NCBI GenBank assembly: GCA_964016885.1
Contig: OZ024751.1
Span: 48,918,001-48,982,000, forward strand
From: Eledone cirrhosa
Taxonomy: Eukaryota
Length of the DNA stretch: 64,000 bases
Reading direction: 5' to 3'
Position numbers and translations under genes: made by a program
Shown here: in pieces, positions 15,001-27,936 of the stretch
Layout of the letters: each line of letters begins with the position of its first letter
Numbering within the stretch: the stretch's first letter is position 1
Notes under the pieces: generated by a model
Told to the model about the DNA's origin: nothing
What the model saw: the letters and a program-made list of their open reading frames with translations, nothing else
Databases searched by the model: none

Positions 15001-18000
15001 TTATTGTTAGTGTTGTTAGTGTTGTTACTGTTGTTAGTGTTGTTAGTGTTGTTATTATTGTTAGTGTTGTTACTGTTGTTAGTGTTGTTAGTGTTGTTAG
15101 TTTTGTTAGTGTTGTTACTGTTGTTATTGTTGTTAGTGTTGTTATTGTTGTTACTGTTGTTAGTGTTGTTAGTGTTGTTATAGTTGTTATTGTTGTTAGT
15201 GTTGTTATTGTTGTTATTGTTGTTAGTGTCGTTGTTGTTGTTATATTTGTTAGTGTTGTTATTGTTGTTATTGTTGTTATTGTTGTTACTGTTGTTATTG
15301 TTGTTATTTATGTTATTGTTGTTAGTGTTGTTATTGTTGTTATATTTGTTAGTGTTGTTAGTGTTGTTATTGTTGTTATTGTTGTTACTGTTGTTAGTGT
15401 TGTTACTGTTGTTAGTGTTGTTATTGTTGTTAGTGTTGTTGTAGTTGTTATTGTTGTTACTGGTGTTATTGCTGTTAGTGTTGTTAGTGTTGTTAGTGTT
15501 GTTATTGTTGTTATTGTTGTTAGTGTTGTTATTGTTGTTACTGTTGTTAGTGTTGTTAGTGTTGTTGCTGTTGTTGCTGTTGTTACTGTTGTTAGTGTTG
15601 TTAGTGTTGTTAGTGTTGTTATTGCTGTTGTTATTGTTGTTAGTGTTGTTAGTGTTTTTGTTGTTATTGTTGTTACTGTTGCTATTGTTGTTAGTGTTGT
15701 TAGTGTTGTTATTGTTGTTATTGTTGTTACTGTTGTTAGTGTTGTTACTGTCGTTAGTGTTGTTATTGTTGTTAGTGTTGTTATTGTTGTTATTGTTGTT
15801 ACTGTTGTTATTGTTGTTAGTGTTGTTAGTGTTGTTAGTATTGTTATTGTTGTTAGTGTTGCTATTGTTGTTGCTGTTGTTATTGTTGTTACTGTTGTTA
15901 TTGATGTTAGTGTTGTTAGTGTTGATAGTGTTGTTATTGTTGTTACTGTTGTTATTGTTGTTACTGTTGTTATTGTTGTTAGTGTTGTTATTGTTGTTAT
16001 TATTGTTATTGTTGTTAGTGTTTTTAGTGTTGTTAGTGTTGTTAGTGTTGTTACTGTTGTTATTATTGTTAGTGTTGTTAGTGTTGTTATTGTTGTTACT
16101 GTTGTTATTGTTGTTAGTGTTGTTAGTGTTGTTACTCTTGTTACTGTTGTTAATGTTGTTATTGTTGTTATTGTTGTTATTGTTGTTATTGTTGTTACTG
16201 TTGTTAGTGTTGTTACTGTTGTTACTGTTGTTACTGTTGTTACTGTTGTTATTGTTGTTATTGTTGTTATTGTTGTTATTGTTGTTACTGTTGTTAGTGT
16301 TGTTAGTGTTGTTAGTGTTGTTACTGTTGTTAGTGTTGTTAGTGTTGTTAGTGTTGTTATTTTTGTTAGTGTTGTTAGTGTTGTTACTGTTGTTAGTGTT
16401 GTTAGTGTTGTTATTGTTGTTATTGTTGTTATTGTTGTTAGTGTTGTTAGTTTTGTTAGTGTTGTTATTGTTGTTAGTGTTGTTATTGTTGCTACTGTTG
16501 TTATTGTTGTTAGTGTTGTTATTGTTGTTACTGTTGTTACTGTTGTTACTGTTGTTAGTGTTGTTATTGTTGTAACTGTTGTTAGTGTTGTTACTGTTGT
16601 TAGTGTTGTTACTGTTGTTATTGTTGTTACTGTTGTTAGTGTTGTTAGTGTTGTTGCTGTTGTTGCTGTTGTTACTGTTGTTAGTGTTGTCAGTGTTGTT
16701 AGTGTTGTTATTGATGTTGCTGTTGTTATTGTTGTTAGTGTTGTTAGTGTTTTTGTTGTAATTGTTGTTACTGTTATTATTGTTGTTAGTGTTGTTAGTG
16801 TTGTTATTGTTGTTATTGTTGTTACTGTTGTTAGTGTTGTTACTGTTGTTAGTGTTGTTATTGTTGTTAGTGTTGTTATTGTTGTTATTGTTGTTAGTGT
16901 TGTTAGTGTTGTTAGTGTTGTTAGTGCTGTTATTGTTGTTAGTGTTGCTATTTTTGTTGCTGTTGTTATTGTTGTTACTGTTGTTATTGATGTTAGTGTT
17001 GTTAGTGTTGATAGTGTTGTTATTGTTGTTACTGTTGTTATTGTTGTTACTGTTGTTATTGTTGTTAGTGTTGTTATTGTTGTTATTGTTTTTAGTGTTG
17101 TTAGTGTTGCTAGTGTTGTTACTGTTGTTATTGTTGTTAGTGTTGTTAGTGTTGTTATTGTTGTTACTGTTGTTAGTGTTGTTAGTGTTGTTAGTGTTGT
17201 TATTGTTGTTATTGTTGTTAGTGCTGTTAGTGTTGTTATTGTTGTTACTGTTGTTAGTGTTGTTATTGTTGTTACTGTTGTTATGGTTGTTACTGTTGTT
17301 ATTGTTGTTAGTGTTGTTACTGTTGTTATTGTTGTTAGTGTTGTTAGTGTTGTTATTGTTGTTAGTGTTGTTAGTTTTGTTAGTGTTGTTATTGTTGTTA
17401 TTGTTGTTATTGTTGTTAGTGTTGTTAGTTTTGTTAGTGTTGTTATTGTTGTTAGTGTTGTTATTGTTGCTACTGTTGTTATTGTTGTTAGTGTTGTTAT
17501 TGTTGTTACTGTTGTTACTGTTGTTACTGTTGTTAGTGTTGTTATTGTTGTAACTGTTGTTAGTATTGTTACTGTTGTTAGTGTTGTTACTGTTGTTATT
17601 GTTGTTATTGTTGTTATTGTTGTTATAGTTGTTAGTGTTGTTAGCGTTGTTACTGTTGTTATTGTTGTTATTGTTGTTACTGTTGTTATTGTTGGTAGTG
17701 TTGTTAGTGTTGTTATTGTTGTTATTGTTGTTAGTGTTGTCATTGTTGTTACTGTTGTTAGTGTTGTTATTGTTGTTGCCGTTGTTACTGTTGTTAGTGT
17801 TGTTAGTGTCGTTAGTGTTGTTATTGTTGTTGCTGTTGTTATTATTGTTAGTGTTGTTACTGTTGTTAGTGTTGTTAGTGTTGTTAGTGTTGTTACTGTT
17901 GTTAGTGTTGTTATTGTTTTTATTGTTGTTAGTGTTGTTAGTGTTGTGACTGTTGTTACTGTTGTCACTGTTGTTATTGTTGTTAGTTTTGTTAGTGTTG

Positions 18001-21000
18001 CTACTGTTGTCACTGTTGTTAGTGTTGTTAGTGTTGTTATTGTTGTTAGTGTTGTTACTGTTGTTACTGTTGTTAGTGTTGTTAGTGTTGTTATTGTTGT
18101 TAGTGTTGTTAGTGTTGTTACTGTTGTTAGTGTTGTTAGTGTTGTTATTGTTGTTAGTGTTGTTAGTTTTGTTACTGTTGTTAGTGTTGTTAGTGTTGTT
18201 ACTGTTGTTAGTGTTGTTAGTGTTGTTAGTGTTGTTACTGTTGTTATTGTTGTTAGTGTTGTTACTGTTGTTAATGTTGGTAGTGTTGTTATTGTTGTTA
18301 GTGTTGTTAGTGCTGTTACTGTTGTTACTGTTGGTAGTGTTGTTAGTGTTGTTAGTGTTGTTACTGTTGTTATTGTTGTTAGTGTTGTTACTGTTGTTAT
18401 TGTTGTTATTGTTGTTAGTGTTGTTACTGTTGTTAGTGTTGTTAGTGTTGCTAGTGTTGTTATTGTTGTTAGTGTTGTTACTGCTGTTAGTGTTGTTAGT
18501 GTTGTTATTGTTGTTAGTGTTGTTATTGTTGTTAGTGTTGTTATAGTTGTTATTGTTGGTAGTGTTGTTATTGTTGTTATTGTTGTTAGTGTTGTTAGTG
18601 TTGTTATTGTTGTTAGTGTTGTTACTGTTGTTACTCTTGTTAGTGTTGTTAGTGTTGTTATTGTTGTTAGTGTTGTTAGTGTTGTTACTGTTGTTAGTCT
18701 TGTTACTGTTGTTATTGTTGTTATTGTTGTTATTGTTGTTATAGTTGTTAGTGTTGTTAGCGTTGTTACTGTTGTTATTGTTGTTATTGTTGTTACTGTT
18801 GTTATTGTTGGTAGTGTTGTTAGTGTTGTTATTGTTGTTATTGTTGTTAGTGTTGTCATTGTTGTTACTGTTGTTAGTGTTGTTATTGTTGTTGCCGTTG
18901 TTACTGTTGTTAGTGTTGTTAGTGTCGTTAGTGTTGTTATTGTTGTTGCTGTTGTTATTATTGTTAGTGTTGTTACTGTTGTTAGTGTTGTTAGTGTTGT
19001 TAGTGTTGTTACTGTTGTTAGTGTTGTTATTGTTTTTATTGTTGTTAGTGTTGTTAGTGTTGTGACTGTTGTTACTGTTGTCACTGTTGTTATTGTTGTT
19101 AGTGTTGTTAGTGTTGCTACTGTTGTCACTGTTGTTAGTGTTGTTAGTGTTGTTATTGTTGTTAGTGTTGTTACTGTTGTTACTGTTGTTAGTGTTGTTA
19201 GTGTTGTTATTGTTGTTAGTGTTGTTAGTGTTGTTACTGTTGTTAGTGTTGTTAGTGTTGTTATTGTTGTTAGTGTTGTTAGTTTTGTTACTGTTGTTAG
19301 TGTTGTTAGTGTTGTTACTGTTGTTAGTGTTGTTAGTGTTGTTAGTGTTGTTACTGTTGTTATTGTTGTTAGTGTTGTTACTGTTGTTATTGTTGTTATT
19401 GTTGTTATTGTTGTTACTGTTGTTACTGTTGTTATTGTTGTTATAGTTATTATTGTTTTTATTGTTGTTATTGTTGTTATTGTTGTTATTGTTGTTACTG
19501 TTGTTACTGTTGTTAGTGTTGCTATTGTTGTTAGTGTTGTTAGTGTTGTTACTGTTTCTTATTGTTGTTAGTGTTGTTACTGTTGTTATTGTTGTTAGTG
19601 TTGTTACTGTTGTTAATGTTGGTAGTGTTGTTATTGTTGTTAGTGTTGTTAGTGCTGTTACTGTTGTTACTGTTGGTAGTGTTGTTAGTGTTGTTAGTGT
19701 TGTTACTGTTGTTATTGTTGTTAGTGTTGTTACTGTTGTTATTGTTGTTATTGTTGTTAGTGTTGTTACTGTTGTTAGTGTTGTTAGTGTTGCTAGTGTT
19801 GTTATTGTTGTTAGTGTTGTTACTGCTGTTAGTGTTGTTAGTGTTGTTATTGTTGTTAGTGTTGTTATTGTTGTTAGTGTTGTTATATTTGTTATTGTTG
19901 GTAGTGTTGTTATTTTTGTTATTGTTGTTAGTGTTGTTAGTGTTGTTATTGTTGTTAGTGTTGTTACTGTTGTTACTGTTGTTAGTGTTGTTAGTGTTGT
20001 TATTGTTGTTAGTGTTGTTAGTGTTGTTACTGTTGTTAGTGTTGTTAGTGTTGTTATTGTTGTTACTGTTGTTAGTGTTGTTACTGTTGTTAGTGTTGTT
20101 AGTGTTGTTACTGTTGTTAGTGCTGTTAGTGTTGTTAGTGTTGTTACTGTTGTTATTGTTCTTAGTGTTGTTACTGTTGTTATTGTTGTTATTGTTGTTA
20201 TTGTTGTTACTGTTGTTACTGTTGTTATTGTTGTTATAGTTATTATTGTTTTTATTGTTGTTATTGTTGTTATTGTTGTTATTGTTGTTACTGTTGTTAC
20301 TGTTGTTAGTGTTGCCATTGTTGTTAGTGTTGTTAGTGTTGTTAGTGTTGTTACTGTTTCTTATTGTTGTTAGTGTTGTTACTGTTGTTATTGTTGTTAG
20401 TGTTGTTACTGTTGTTAATGTTGGTAGTGTTGTTATTGTTGTTAGTGTTGTTAGTGCTGTTACTGTTGTTACTGTTGGTAGTGTTGTTAGTGTTGTTAGT
20501 GTTGTTACTGTTGTTATTGTTGTTAGTGTTGTTACTGTTGTTATTGTTGTTATTGTTGTTAGTGTTGTTACTGTTGTTAGTGTTGTTAGTGTTGCTAGTG
20601 TTGTTATTGTTGTTAGTGTTGTTACTGCTGTTAGTGTTGTTAGTGTTGTTATTGTTGTTAGTGTTGTTATTGTTGTTAGTGTTGTTATAGTTGTTATTGT
20701 TGGTAGTGTTGTTATTGTTGTTATTGTTGTTAGTGTTGTTAGTGTTGTTATTGTTGTTAGTGTTGTTACTGTTGTTACTGTTGTTAGTGTTGTTATTGTT
20801 GTTATTGTTTTTAATGTTGTTATTGCTGTTATTGTTGTTATTGTTGTTATTATTGTTAGTGTTCTTACTGTTGTTATTGTTATTATTGTTGTTACTGTTG
20901 TTATTGTTGCTAGTGTTGTTACTCTTGTTATTGTTGTTAGTGTTGTTACTGTTGTTACTGTTGTTAATGTTGTTATGTTGTTAATGTTGTTACTGTTGTT

Positions 21001-23040
21001 AGTGTTGTTAGTGTTGTTAGTGTTGTTATTGTTGTTACTGTTGTTAGTGTTGTTAGTGTTGTTATTGTTGTTAGTGTTGTTAGTGTTGTTACTGTTGTTA
21101 CTGTTATTAGTGTTGTTAGTGTTGTTAGTGTTCTTACTGTTGTTATTGTTGTTAGTGTTGTTACTGTTGTTAATGTTGTTGTGTTGTTATTGTTGTTATT
21201 GTTGTTAGTGTTGTTAGTGTTGTTATTGTTGTTAGTGTTGTTAGTGTTGTTATAGTTGTTATTGTTGTTAGTGTTGGTAGTGTTGTTATTGTTGTTAGTG
21301 TTGTTACTGTTGTTAGTGTTGATATTGTTGTTATTGTTTTTAATGTTGTTATTGCTGTTATTGTTGTTATTGTTGTTATTATTGTTAGTGTTGTTATTGT
21401 TGTTATTTTTGTTACTGTTGTTATTGTTGTTAGTGTTGTTAGTCTTGTTACTCTTGTTACTGTTGTTAATGTTGTTATTGTTGTTATTGTTGTTATTGTT
21501 GTTATTGTTGTTACTGTTGTTAGTGTTGTTACTGTTGTTACTGTTGTTATTGTTGTTATTGTTGTTATTGTTGTTATTGTTGTTATTGTTGTTACTGTTG
21601 TTAGTGTTGTTAGTGTTGTTAGTGTTGTTACTGTTTTTATTGTTGTTAGTGTTGTTACTGTTGTTACTGTTGTTAGTGTTGTTAGTGTTGTTAGTGTTGT
21701 TATTTTTGTTAGTGTTGTTAGTGTTGTTACTGTTGTTAGTGTTGTTACTGTTGTTAGTGTTGTTACTGTTGTTATTGTTGTTACTGTTGTTACTGTTGTT
21801 ACTCTTGTTACTGTTGTTATTGTTGTTATTGTTGTTATTGTTGTTACTGTTGTTACTGTTGTTACTGTTGTTACTGTTGTTAGTGTTGTTACTGTTGTTA
21901 CTGTTGTTAGTGTTGTTACTGTTGTTATTGTTGTTACTGTTGTTACTGTTGTTATTGTTGTTATAGTTGTTATTGTTGTTAATGTTGTTATAGTCGTTAT
22001 TGTTGTTATTGTTGTTATTGTTGTTAGTGTTGTTACTGTTGTTAGTGTTGTTATTGTTGTTAGTGTTGTTAGCGTTGTTACTGTTGTTATTGTTGTTAGT
22101 GTTCTTACTGTTGTTATTGTTGTTAGTGTTGTTACTGTTGTTACTGTTGGTAGCTTTGTTATTGTTGTTAGTGTTGTTATTGTTGTTAGTGTTGTTAGTG
22201 CTGTTACTGTTGTCACTGTTGTTAGTGTTGTTACTGTTGTTACTGTTGTTACTGTTGTTAGTGTTGTTAGTGTTGTTACTGTTGTTATTGTTGTTAGTGT
22301 TGTCATTGTTGTTAGTGTTGTTAGTGTTGTTATTGTTGTTATTGTTGTTAGTGTTGTTAGTGTTGTTAGTGTTGTTACTGTTGTTAGTGTTGTTATTGTC
22401 GTTAGTGTTGTTACTGTTGTTATTGTTGTTAGTGTTGTTAGTGTTGTTACTGTTGTTAGTGTTGTTAGTGTTGTTATTGTTGTTATTGTTGTTATTGTTG
22501 TTAGTGTTGTTAGTGTTGTTATTGTTGTTATTGTTGTTAGTGTTGTTAGTGTTTTTATTGTTGTTAGTGTTGTTACTGCTGTTAGTGTTGTTAGTGTTGT
22601 TAGTGTTGTTATTGTTGTTAGTGTTGTTATAGTTGTTATTGTTGTTAGTGTTGGTAGTATTGTTATTGTTGTTAGTGTTGTTAGTGTTGTTATTGTGGTT
22701 AGTGTTGCTACTGTTGTTACTGTTGTTAGTGTTGTTATTGTTGTTAGTGTTGTTATTGTTTTTAATGTTGTTATTGCTGTTATTGTTGTTATTGTTGTTA
22801 TTATTGTTAGTGATGTTACTGTTGTTATTGTTCTTAGTGTTGTTAGTGTTGTTACTGTTGTTATTGTTGTTAGTGTTGTTAGTGTTGTTAGTGTTGTTAC
22901 TGTTGTTATTGTTGTTATTGTTGTTATTGTTGTTATTATTGTTATTGTTGTTATTGTTGTTATTGTTGTTACTGTTGTTAGTGTTGCTAGTGTTGTTAGT
23001 GTTGTTATTGTTGTTAGTTTTGTTAGTGTTGTTACTGTTG
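1..23040 (+). repeat. Giant 9-bp tandem satellite (GTTGTTABT)n, B = G/C/T, with higher-order repeats; runs off the left end of the window
   Basis: Continuous GTT-GTT-A[G/C/T]T units over ~23 kb. Rare variant markers (ATATTTGTAAGT, TTTTCTTAGT, GTTCGT) recur at fixed offsets. All long ORFs here are low-complexity TTx, NNx, VVx or poly-L translations. Confidence 0.97.
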
Positions 23041-23420
23041 TTATTGTTGTTGTTACAGTTAATCTCATGGCTGATGTTGTTGTTGTTACTGTTTTTGTTA
23101 TTATTCTTGTTACTGTTGTTGTTATTGCTGATTGCTGTTACAGTTAGTCTCATGTTGTTGTTGTTATTACCATTAGTTGTTGCAATTGTTGTTGTCACTG
23201 TTGTTATTGTTGTTACTGCTGTGGAATTTATCTGTTGTTTTCTTACATTTATTCTTGTTGTTGTTGCTGATTTTGTTGTTGTTGTTAATGTTGCTATTTT
23301 TGCATTTGTTATTACTGTACCTATTGTTATCGTTATTACTGTCGCTTATTCTTGCTTTACTGTTATTACTGTCAATCTTGTTGTTATTGTTGTTACTACT
23401 GTTTTTGCTGTTAATTGTCG
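23041..23420 (+). repeat. Degenerate (GTT)n-like edge of the satellite
   Basis: The 9-bp phase is lost; triplets GTT/GCT/ATT/ACT persist with many substitutions before unique sequence starts. Confidence 0.8.
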
Positions 23421-24000
23421 ACAGAGAAATACGGTTGTGGGCAATCTGTGTTTTTATTTATTTACATATTGATATATTTATATTTTTAAATCCTTTCCTT
23501 GGTTATAGTCAATGTCTGGCGTCGAGTCACTTGGTTCTGCTTCAGGCAGTTTCAGATCTCAACACATTATAAAGACACAGATGTAGCCATAAGCCAATCA
23601 GAGAGTCTCTAAGTGGTTTCTCAAACTGTTGTAAATTAGGTCTTAGCCTTAGGTCTTATCCTGCCCTGTTTTGTACAATGCATTCGCTTATAACAACCAT
23701 GTCTACTTATGGGATTGAAACGATTTCTGTGGTTTCCTTGGAAAGCCACTGTAGCAATGTAGCAAGGTAGTTGGTATAAAAAGAGATCTCTATCCCCTTG
23801 CTCAAATCATCTTTTACCTGAATTTGGAGCTCACTGGTATCCTCATTTGAATGAAAATAGCCGAAAGAGAGAGAAAGAAAGAGAGTGAGAGTGATGGGAA
23901 GAGAAAGATAGAGAGAGAGAGTGACGGGAAGAGATACATCGATTCAAGATCTCGACTGGTACTTATTTAATCTACACTGAAGGGCGATGAAAGCTGGGTG

Positions 24001-24180
24001 AGAAAGAGAGAGAGAGAGAGAGGGAGAGTGCGAGAGAGAGAGAGGGAGAGAGAGAGCGCGAGCGAGCAAGATGCGGTCCAGTGAATATGGCGCAGAGCAA
24101 CACTGAGTCCCACCTACGGTTACATATCCGTGTTTTGTACGGACTGATATGTACGTTGATTGTCGTGATTTTTACTGGAC

Positions 24181-24186
<6 letters not shown>
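24001..24186 (+). pseudogene. Partial duplicate of the 5' leader and first 33 codons of the exon at 42877
   Basis: Matches ~42791-42976 with 4 substitutions in the non-microsatellite part (offset 18,790). ATG at 24087. Similarity breaks into a (GA)n run at 24186. Confidence 0.9.
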
Positions 24187-24244
<58 letters not shown>

Positions 24245-25096
24245 CATCGATCCAAGATCTTCATTGGTGATTTATGGTACACTGGTGAGAATTAAAAGGC
24301 AAATTTGACTTCCTCGTCTGGGATTCAAACTTCGCACATAAGAAAGGAAATAAACCAATTGTCCGATCGGACCAAGGTAACTATGTTTCCAAATGCCCTT
24401 CCATTGCTGGAAGATACAAGGTCGGTGTAAACACCGATATTCTGTTCGACGGTACCATGTTTCTGATTACTGATTACTGCCAATCGATCCTATTTCCTTG
24501 GATACTATGAATATAATCCAGCCCTTCCCAATTGTTTTTTAAAGGGTATTTTGCTTAATATATTCCCGGCTGAACTCCGCTTGAAAGGAAATCTGTGGAT
24601 ATTCAGGGATCTAACAAAGGAAAAAACCCATTCCCTACCTTGTATTGTCAATTAAGAGATAAGGTTACATTAACCTTGTGAATATAATATTCTGTGTTTT
24701 GTTTTACAATCAGATAATACAGGAGTTAGATAATCTTCCTTTTGAGTGTATTTCGTCACAGATGAGATTAAGTCTGCGAGTTGTGTGTGAGTACGCGTGT
24801 GTATGTGCATATATGTGTCTGTATATATGTGTACATTTTTCTGCGATACTATGTATATGTGTGTGTATATATATATGTGTGCGCGTTTGTATGTGCGTGT
24901 TTGTATGTTTGTGTGTGTGTGTGTGTGTTTGTGTATAGGTGGACGAGTGTGTGTTTGTGTGTGTGTACGCGTCTGTGCGTGTGTGATTGTGTATGATTGT
25001 TATGTATATGTGTGTGTTTAAGTATATTGGTGTGCGTGTGTATGTATATATGTGTATGTGTTTGTGTGACTGTATGTATGTGTGTTTATGTGTGTT

Positions 25097-25161
<65 letters not shown>

Positions 25162-25518
25162 ATGTGTGTGTGTGTGTGTATATATATACATGTGTGCGTG
25201 TGTATGTGTGTGTGCGTGTGTATGATCCTATATAAATGGAAATAAGGGATGACACAATCAGAAACATTGTAATCTCATTTCAACAGAAAATTTCATTTAA
25301 ATATCAACAGCATCAACGCTAATAACAGAGATTCCTTTGGTAAACTTTCTGATTCTGTCGTTCTCCACTAAAGCAGACTTCTCTAAACAACATCACATAT
25401 ACACCAAGCAATCAACACCCAGCAAATTCGCATTCTAAGGCGATAAAAAAATGGAAGCACCTTTGAGTGCCAAAGAGTATTTGATGAAAATAGTTGTTTT
25501 GTAGTTTTTATTATTGTA

Positions 25519-25710
25519 GGGCAGTGGATTGGCAGTATCGGTAGAGGGTCGGACGCCATGCTTTCCAGCATAGTTATGTCCCTTTATGATCTGAGTTCAA
25601 ATCCCGCCGAGCTTAACTTTGCCTTTCATCCTTACGGGGTCGATAAAATAAAGTACCAGTAATGCACTGGGTAATTGCTGGCCTTGTGCCTAAAGTAGAA
25701 ACAGTTATTA
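25519..25710 (+). mobile_element. tRNA-derived SINE, family A (~190 bp); a partial second head follows at ~25717-25785
   Basis: Pol III A box TGGCAGTATCGG and B box GTTCAAATCC; central CTTTGCCTTTCATCCTTACGGGGTCGATAAAATAAAGTACCAG (recalled as Meta-domain-like, unverified); ATT tail. Many copies in this window. Confidence 0.85.
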
Positions 25711-25877
25711 TTGTAGGACGGTATTGGTAGGGGGTCGGACGCCATACTTTACAGCATAGAGTTACTGCCCTTTATGATCTGGGTTCTCTAAACAACATCA
25801 CATTTTATATACACCAAGCAATCAACACCCAGCAAATTCGCATTCAAAGGCGATAAAAAACTGAAGGAAAATAGTTT

Positions 25878-26127
25878 TCATCATCAATCATCATAATCAT
25901 CACAATCATCATAATTGTCAACAACAGCATCATCAATATCCTCATCATCATCATCATAATGACCTTACTGATCTAACTGTCATTAACATCATCATCATCA
26001 TATTTGTCATTGTCATCGCCACCATCATAATCACCATCATCATTATTATCATCATCATCATCAACAAAACTATCATCAACACCAATCAGCAACACCAACC
26101 TCAACATCAACATTAACATCATTATCG

Positions 26128-26170
<43 letters not shown>

Positions 26171-26482
26171 AATCACCATCATCACCATCAATACTACCAT
26201 CATCACAACACAACTATCATCAAAACCATCATCAGCAATACCAACCCCAACACCTACATCAACATCATCATCACCATCGTCATCATCACCATCGTCATTA
26301 CCATCATTACCATCATCATCATTATCATCATCATTATCATCATCATCATCATCGTCATCATCACAGTCATCATCATCATCGTCATCATTATCGTCATCAT
26401 CATCATCATCGTCATCATCACCATCATCATCTCCATCATCAACATCATCAACAGCAACAATAACATGATCATCATCATCATG
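25878..26482 (+). repeat. Degenerate (CAT)n trinucleotide microsatellite
   Basis: CAT/CAC/CGT/CAA triplet runs. Confidence 0.9.
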
Positions 26483-27075
26483 ATTAGCTAAAAAGTGATT
26501 TCTTACATGGCTAAATATGACTTTTCAGTAATATTACAAGATAAGGTTTGTATTAATAAATCCTTCTCTATAATAGGTTGACAAAAACAACATGATTTGA
26601 CATAAAGAAACACTAGTGGTAACTCACATTTATTTCTCGTGACTTGAAAATATAGGGTAACATAAAATAATGTATTTCTAGATACACAATACGAAGGGGG
26701 TAATGACCTTTCATTATAAATATTCTCAAATCAGGTCTGACCTGGTGTTAAACATAAATATTATCCACACTTGATTTAAAGCAGAAAACATAACATGCAA
26801 ACACACCGTTACCTAGAACATATATAACACATATCTACTCTAATTATGTTGTAAAATATTACTTTATATTGTAACATGATGTGCAAATTGTCGCCCACAA
26901 AATCTACTTCGAAATACATATAGAAAATAAACAAAATCAACAACAGAAAAAAACAGAAAACGAAAATATGGCAGGTATATAGCTAGCCATTCAATTTCAG
27001 CGTTCTTAATGAAAACATTTTGTGACAATCCTATAAACCTTCACCCGCCTCAGAAAATGATATTTGAAGAGATCC

Positions 27076-27298
<223 letters not shown>

Positions 27299-27936
27299 GA
27301 GATTGCAGTTAACACAATATATATCTAGAATTATTCTCTATGACAAATATATCAACGGCTTAGCAATAATTGACATAGCGATACTAAATAACTGTAATGC
27401 TGTAACAGAACCGAGCTGAAAAGCTAAGGAATTACACTGGCTTCGCTATTCAATAGACAGCATGTGGACATGTTAAAAATGTATTCGTCGTAACATTTGT
27501 AATTGTTATATTTCAAATGACACACATTTCTTTTCGGTTAAAGACATCTATATGGTGCATATAAGTATAGAGATAAGCACGTATCAGAACATAGCAATAG
27601 TTGGGTCCGCAAAGGCTTTTTAAAATAGTTTTTCAAATAATTTGTTAACTTTGAATATTTGAATTCATGTTTTCCAAGTCGTATCTAAACTATGTGTGTT
27701 ATAACAAAAGAAAGTATTGATGTAGGAATTTAAAACGTCAACATTCCCGGTTGTAAGTATGGTCTTACTTATGACTCAATATACAGAATTTTGTTAAAAT
27801 AACGTCGTTGGTTACAAGTGTCCAACAGAATAATCACTGAAGTAATAAATGTTCAATGGCCGAAGAAATCACAATAGAGTTTCAGCGCAATACATGTTGT
27901 ATAAATAAAGTCTAAAATCTGTCTTAAGTCAGAAGG

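Noticed and set aside
1-23040. Telomeric or telomerase-made repeat (G/T-rich, contains TTAG)
   Set aside because: No TTAGGG; a left chromosome end would show the C-rich strand on +; kilobase HORs point to recombinational amplification.
30-23572. Long ORFs (up to 2041 aa) in the satellite as annotated genes
   Set aside because: They are by-products of a stop-poor 9-mer; several frames on both strands are open at once, most starts are non-ATG, and replicated frameshifts break them. Kept only as a hypothesis under findings.
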